A stretch of DNA of 10,736 nt, taken from the NCBI GenBank assembly GCA_031409655.1, contig JANNXQ010000040.1:1-10736 (forward strand), read 5' to 3'. This document shows positions 7,118 to 10,736 of the stretch, piece after piece. Under the pieces are notes generated by a model. The model was not told the DNA's origin. It was given only the letters and a program-made list of their open reading frames with translations, and made no database searches. The stretch is from Chthoniobacteraceae bacterium. Lineage in GTDB: Bacteria; Verrucomicrobiota; Verrucomicrobiia; Chthoniobacterales; Chthoniobacteraceae. A program made the translations under genes and the position numbers. Within the stretch, counting starts at the first letter, position 1. The number at the start of each line of letters is the position of its first letter.

Positions 7118-8716
7118 TTAGGACGCCCCGGACAACCCGGCCAACTGCGCTTCCGAGCAGTAGAACTCTTCCTCCGCAATCAAACCGCCTTCGTAGCGCT
7201 GCCACGCTTCGTGGCCCAGCAGTTCGAGGGAGACGGGCCAGCCGCTGCGGGCAAACCGATTCGCCGCAAAATCTTCGAGACCGGGGAGCGGGAGTTGATC
7301 TTCTGACCAAAGAGCGATCGGGTCGCCGTGATCGAGCGCGTTGTCAGGATGCAGGCCGGGGAAGAGATAAAACAGCGCGAACCAACCGCGGAGAAAGACA
7401 TCCTTTTCACACCCGCGAAGCTGCCGCCGGTCGAGACCGGCGATCTCTTGGAGACGGACGGCGGCTTCAGCTTGCGACGCGGGGATCAAGCGGCGCAGCG
7501 GAGGCTCGGTCCGTGGCGCCGGCTTTTGCGAGCGGGGCTTCTTCTTCGGCTTCGCACGGAGAAAAGCGCGCACTTCGAGTCCGACGGCTTCACCAACGAG
7601 CGGTGGCACGGCGTTGCCGATGATTCGATACTGGTGGGTGCGGGCGACGGGGAAGACGAACCAATCCGGGAAACTCTGGATGCGGGCGGCTTCGCGCGGG
7701 GTGAGCGAGCGGTTCTGCGTCGGGTGGATGAACATGAGGCCGTCCTTGCTCAGATGCGCGACGATGGTGCTGCACGCCTTGCGGCGGCTCTGGCGGGTGT
7801 AGCGGTCCTTGAAGGTGGTCTTGTCGTAGGGGAAGGCGAACTCGACGCCGCGACGCATCGCTTTGGCGGAGCTTTCTCCCTCGCGCAGGAGGAGGAAGTC
7901 GCCCAAATCGCGGGCGCTGTGAGGGCGGGCGCGGTGTTCGGTGAGGTGAGGCGCGAGTTTCACCTCGAGCACCTGATACAAAAAGCGGCGGGCAACCCTG
8001 CCCCAGCGGTGGAGATGTTCGCGTCGGCGGGAGAGGTCGTAGGCGCAGCATTCCTCACCGGCGCCGGCCGCGAGGACGGGCAGGTCGCCAATGGCTGGGC
8101 CGAGCGTGGTGCCGGGGAAAGCACGCGGCGCGGGCTTGAGCATCGAAGGAAAAAAGCCGGGTAGATCGCCACGCACGCCGACGATGAGCTGGCGGCGGCG
8201 CTTCTGGGGGACGCCCAGGGCGAAGGCGTCGGCGATCTGCGCCATCACGCGGTAGCCGAGCAGCCGGGCCTCGTGCTGGACGCGGGTGAAGTATTCGCCG
8301 CCCGCGGCGGTCTGCAGACCGAGCACGTTTTCCATGACGAAGACGCGCGGCTGGAAGTGCTCCACGTAGCGGAGGTATTCGAGGAAGAGCAACCGTCGGG
8401 GGTCGTCCTTGAGCCGTTGACCGCTGTTTGCGCCATCGCGCTGGCGGGCGGTGGAGAAGCCCTGACACGGCGGACCACCGGCGATGACATCCACGCGATC
8501 CGTGCCGATCAGCTCCGCGAGCTGCGCGGGCGGAAACTTCGTGAGATCGCGTTCGAGGACCTGGGGGACGTCGGGGAAGTTTGCGCGGAAGGTGGCGACG
8601 GCTTCTGGGTTGAAATCAATGGCCGCAAGGCAGTCGAAACCGGCGCGCTCCATCCCGAGCGAGAAACCGCCGCAGCCGCAGAAGAGGTCGAGGAACGTGG
8701 GTTCTTCCGACTTCAC
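7118..8716 (-). CDS. dcm: DNA (cytosine-5)-methyltransferase with C-terminal extension
   Basis: Motifs occur in canonical order: I DLFCGCGG, IV GGPPCQGFS, VI ENVLG, VIII VPQKRRR, IX RSLTPREAARIQSFPD and X IGNAVPP. The GTG start overlaps the upstream TGA (GTGA). The symbol is family-level only and the target site is unknown. Confidence 0.97.
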   Translation of the reverse strand: MKSEEPTFLDLFCGCGGFSLGMERAGFDCLAAIDFNPEAVATFRANFPDVPQVLERDLTKFPPAQLAELIGTDRVDVIAGGPPCQGFSTARQRDGANSGQRLKDDPRRLLFLEYLRYVEHFQPRVFVMENVLGLQTAAGGEYFTRVQHEARLLGYRVMAQIADAFALGVPQKRRRQLIVGVRGDLPGFFPSMLKPAPRAFPGTTLGPAIGDLPVLAAGAGEECCAYDLSRRREHLHRWGRVARRFLYQVLEVKLAPHLTEHRARPHSARDLGDFLLLREGESSAKAMRRGVEFAFPYDKTTFKDRYTRQSRRKACSTIVAHLSKDGLMFIHPTQNRSLTPREAARIQSFPDWFVFPVARTHQYRIIGNAVPPLVGEAVGLEVRAFLRAKPKKKPRSQKPAPRTEPPLRRLIPASQAEAAVRLQEIAGLDRRQLRGCEKDVFLRGWFALFYLFPGLHPDNALDHGDPIALWSEDQLPLPGLEDFAANRFARSGWPVSLELLGHEAWQRYEGGLIAEEEFYCSEAQLAGLSGAS

Positions 8717-8946
8717 GCGCGCACCCCTTCACAAAGCTCCGCCAATGTAAGGCCGAGCGCCTTGGCCACCCGGACCATGCTGAGCAGGCTCGGATTGCGC
8801 ACGCCACGTTCGATGCCGCTGATGTAAGTCGGGTCGAGATCGGCTTTCTCAGCAGCCTTGAGCTGGGAAAGACCGAGCGCTTCACGACGCTGCCGAACAT
8901 TGAGACCAAACGCCGCCAACGGACGGGCACGGGGAGACTTCGCCAT
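8713..8946 (-). CDS. XRE-family HTH, restriction-modification controller (C) protein-like
   Basis: FGLNVRQRREALGLSQ...LDPTYISGIERGVRNPSL...VAKALG matches the C-protein pattern (TYISGIERGxRN). It is coupled to the methyltransferase and has C-box-like repeats upstream. Confidence 0.9.
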   Translation of the reverse strand: MAKSPRARPLAAFGLNVRQRREALGLSQLKAAEKADLDPTYISGIERGVRNPSLLSMVRVAKALGLTLAELCEGVRA

Positions 8947-8969
8947 GCCCCAGACCCTGCCCAGTCATG

Positions 8970-8995
8970 GACGATCAGTCTTTGGACGATGAGTC
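8970..8995 (-). promoter_or_regulatory. Tandem C-box-like operator
   Basis: The minus strand reads GACTCATCGTC-CAAA-GACTGATCGTC. These are two 11-bp GACT-N3-(A/C)GTC boxes with 15-bp periodicity, ending 23 nt upstream of the C-gene ATG. Confidence 0.8.
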
Positions 8996-8996
8996 A

Positions 8997-9019
8997 GAAT
9001 GTTCTGGTTTAGAACATTC
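8997..9019. promoter_or_regulatory. Perfect palindrome, candidate second operator
   Basis: GAATGTTCT-GGTTT-AGAACATTC, with 9-bp arms and a 5-nt spacer, 1 nt from the distal C-box. Confidence 0.5.
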
Positions 9020-9068
9020 CTTCAAACCACCAGTGAACTGATCAACGTGCTCCGGAGGCGGGGCGGGG

Positions 9069-9101
9069 CGGTAGATGGCGCGCGCAATTCGCCATCTACC
9101 G
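9069..9101. repeat. GTAG-type REP-like hairpin
   Basis: Perfect 12-bp arms CGGTAGATGGCG / CGCCATCTACCG with a 9-nt loop. It contains GTAG...CTAC and lies between divergent genes. Confidence 0.6.
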
Positions 9102-9200
9102 GGCTCGGGCACCGCACTGCCGCGGCAGAAAGAGCTTGCCGGGGATTTTCGCGGGCGGCGATACCTTCGGACCCACCTCGATCACTCCCGCCTCACTCCT

Positions 9201-10358
9201 ATGAAACAAGTTCGTCTCGGCATCGTCGGTCTCGGCAATATCGGTAAATTTCACACGGGGTATCTGCTGGAGGGGAAGATCGCGCGGTGTGAGCTGGCGG
9301 CGGTGAGCGATGCGTATGCGCCGAGTATGGAGCCTTTCAAGGCAAAGGGGATTGCGACTTTCGACAAGGGCGAGGATCTGATCCGGTCGGGGAAGATCGA
9401 TGCGATCGTGGTGGCGACACCGCACTTTCTCCACACCACTCTGGGGATCGAGTCACTGAAGGCGGGGCTGCACACGATGATCGAGAAGCCGATCTCGGCG
9501 CACAAGGCGGACGCGGAGCGGCTCTGTGCGGTGGCGCGGGAGCATCCGCAGCAGATCTTTGCGGGGATGTTTCAAATGCGCGTGGAGCCGCGCTACCTGA
9601 AGATTCGCGAGCTCATCGACAAGGAGATCGGCCAGCTCGTGCGGGTGAACTGGATCATCACGGATTGGTTCCGCACGGAGGCCTACTATGCGAGCGGCGG
9701 CTGGCGCGCGACTTGGAAGGGCGAGGGTGGCGGGGTGTTGCTGAATCAATGTCTGCACCAGCTCGACATGCTGCAGTGGCTCTGCGGGATGCCGGCGAAG
9801 GTGCGCGGGTTCTGTCAGCTCGGGCAGTTTCATGACATCGAGGTGGAGGACACGGTGACGTGTTATCTGGAGTGGGGAAATGGGGCGACAGGAGTGTTTG
9901 TCTCCTCGACGGGTGAGGCGCCGGGGACAAACCGGCTGGAACTCATCGGCACGCGCGGCAAGGTGGTGCTGGAAAACAACAAGCTGATTTTCAACCGCAA
10001 CGACGCGGACATGATCGCCTTCAGTAAGTCGGCGAAGAGCGGCTTTGCGAAGCCAGAGGTCTGGAACGTGGAGGTTCCCTTCGACAATGCGCCGAATGCG
10101 CACGCGACGCTGATGCAGAATTTCGTGGATGCGATCCTGGACGGCACGCCGCTGATCGCGCCCGGCTATGAGGGCCTGGGCTCGGTGGAGCTGGCGAATG
10201 TGCTGCTCTATTCGTCGCTCCTCGGCCAGACGGTGGATCTGCCGATGGACGGGCTGGCTTGGGAGGCGAAGCTGAACGAGCTGATCGCCAACTCGAAGCA
10301 CGAGAAGAAGGTGGCGGCGGTGCAGACGGAGGATTTCACGAAGTCCTTCCGACGGTAG
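9201..10358 (+). CDS. Gfo/Idh/MocA-family oxidoreductase
   Basis: Rossmann start MKQVRLGIVGLGNIG, then DAIVVATPHFLH, MIEKP, WRATWKGEGGGVLLNQCLHQLD and IEVED. ATG 9201 is preferred over 9075. Confidence 0.95.
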   Translation: MKQVRLGIVGLGNIGKFHTGYLLEGKIARCELAAVSDAYAPSMEPFKAKGIATFDKGEDLIRSGKIDAIVVATPHFLHTTLGIESLKAGLHTMIEKPISAHKADAERLCAVAREHPQQIFAGMFQMRVEPRYLKIRELIDKEIGQLVRVNWIITDWFRTEAYYASGGWRATWKGEGGGVLLNQCLHQLDMLQWLCGMPAKVRGFCQLGQFHDIEVEDTVTCYLEWGNGATGVFVSSTGEAPGTNRLELIGTRGKVVLENNKLIFNRNDADMIAFSKSAKSGFAKPEVWNVEVPFDNAPNAHATLMQNFVDAILDGTPLIAPGYEGLGSVELANVLLYSSLLGQTVDLPMDGLAWEAKLNELIANSKHEKKVAAVQTEDFTKSFRR

Positions 10359-10605
10359 GAGCGGCGGAGGGGGAGGGCACCCCTGCCTCGGGGTGGGGGG
10401 TGAACCGTCGGCCCTGAGAAAAACTGCTAAGAAGCCACGGTGGCCGCGGTTTCCCGTCCAGTTGTGACGTGCGCGAATGGGGGAGTCTTCGGAATGGCCA
10501 ATGCCTTCCTTGATGCCGACCCCTCCGCCGCGGCGCAACCGATGCTTCGGGTCGAACCGGGGCAACTCCCAGAATCCAATCAGCCCAAGACACCCATCCA
10601 ATCGT

Positions 10606-10736
10606 ATGAGCGAAGAAATCAAACCCGTTACCTGGTTCGAAGATCCGGCGCATTTCCGCCGCACCTCCCGTCGTGAATTCATCTTTGCCGGCCTCGTCGG
10701 TGGCATCGGCCTGAATATGGGGAGCTTTTTCAAGCT
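10606..10736 (+). CDS. 5' fragment of a twin-arginine-motif protein, probably DUF1501 family (runs off window)
   Basis: Translates as MSEEIKPVTWFEDPAHFRRTSRREFIFAGLVGGIGLNMGSFFK. SRREF followed by a Gly-rich hydrophobic stretch resembles DUF1501 N-termini. The frame is open to the window end. Confidence 0.6.
   Translation, partial: MSEEIKPVTWFEDPAHFRRTSRREFIFAGLVGGIGLNMGSFFK

Noticed and set aside
1644..8946. Assignment to DISARM class II, Mza, BREX or Druantia
   Set aside because: No helicase, PLD, MORC ATPase, Z1, AIPR or PglZ motifs in any ORF.
9000..9016. Canonical Verrucomicrobia LexA box
   Set aside because: The half-sites match TGTTC/GAACA but the spacer is 7 nt rather than 4. Kept only as a generic operator candidate.
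1518..9200. Integrative element, prophage or integron with att sites
   Set aside because: No integrase, transposase, tRNA or flanking direct repeat found by eye. The palindromic elements are mutually unrelated and I could not identify attC R''/R' boxes.
10359..10402. Rho-independent terminator after the oxidoreductase (CACCCC-N6-GGGGTG)
   Set aside because: Short stem in a G-rich tract with no U-run, so support is insufficient.
9453..10733. 426-aa minus-strand ORF
   Set aside because: Antisense shadow of the Gfo/Idh/MocA gene.

Overview
GC-rich window, probably from a PVC-group bacterium (Verrucomicrobia/Planctomycetes-like, inferred from two DUF1501-type genes). Housekeeping-type + strand genes flank it: DUF1501 at 93-1517, a Gfo/Idh/MocA oxidoreductase at 9201-10358 and a partial DUF1501-like gene from 10606. 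Between them lies a ~7.3 kb, mostly minus-strand DNA-modification/defence island. In transcription order it reads: C-type controller HTH with a tandem C-box-like operator, a C5-cytosine methyltransferase with a ~140-aa C-terminal extension, a stand-alone SRA/PUA-like domain, an HNH endonuclease, a palindromic element, an opposite-strand XRE gene, four translationally coupled genes of unknown function (the first apparently 5'-truncated), a second palindromic element, a UPF0175/DUF3368(PIN) toxin-antitoxin-like pair, vsr, and a third palindromic element. No integrase, transposase, tRNA or CRISPR array is visible. The best candidate for an undescribed system is the four-gene unknown block embedded between the methyltransferase and vsr. 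All family assignments come from motif recognition by eye, not database searches.
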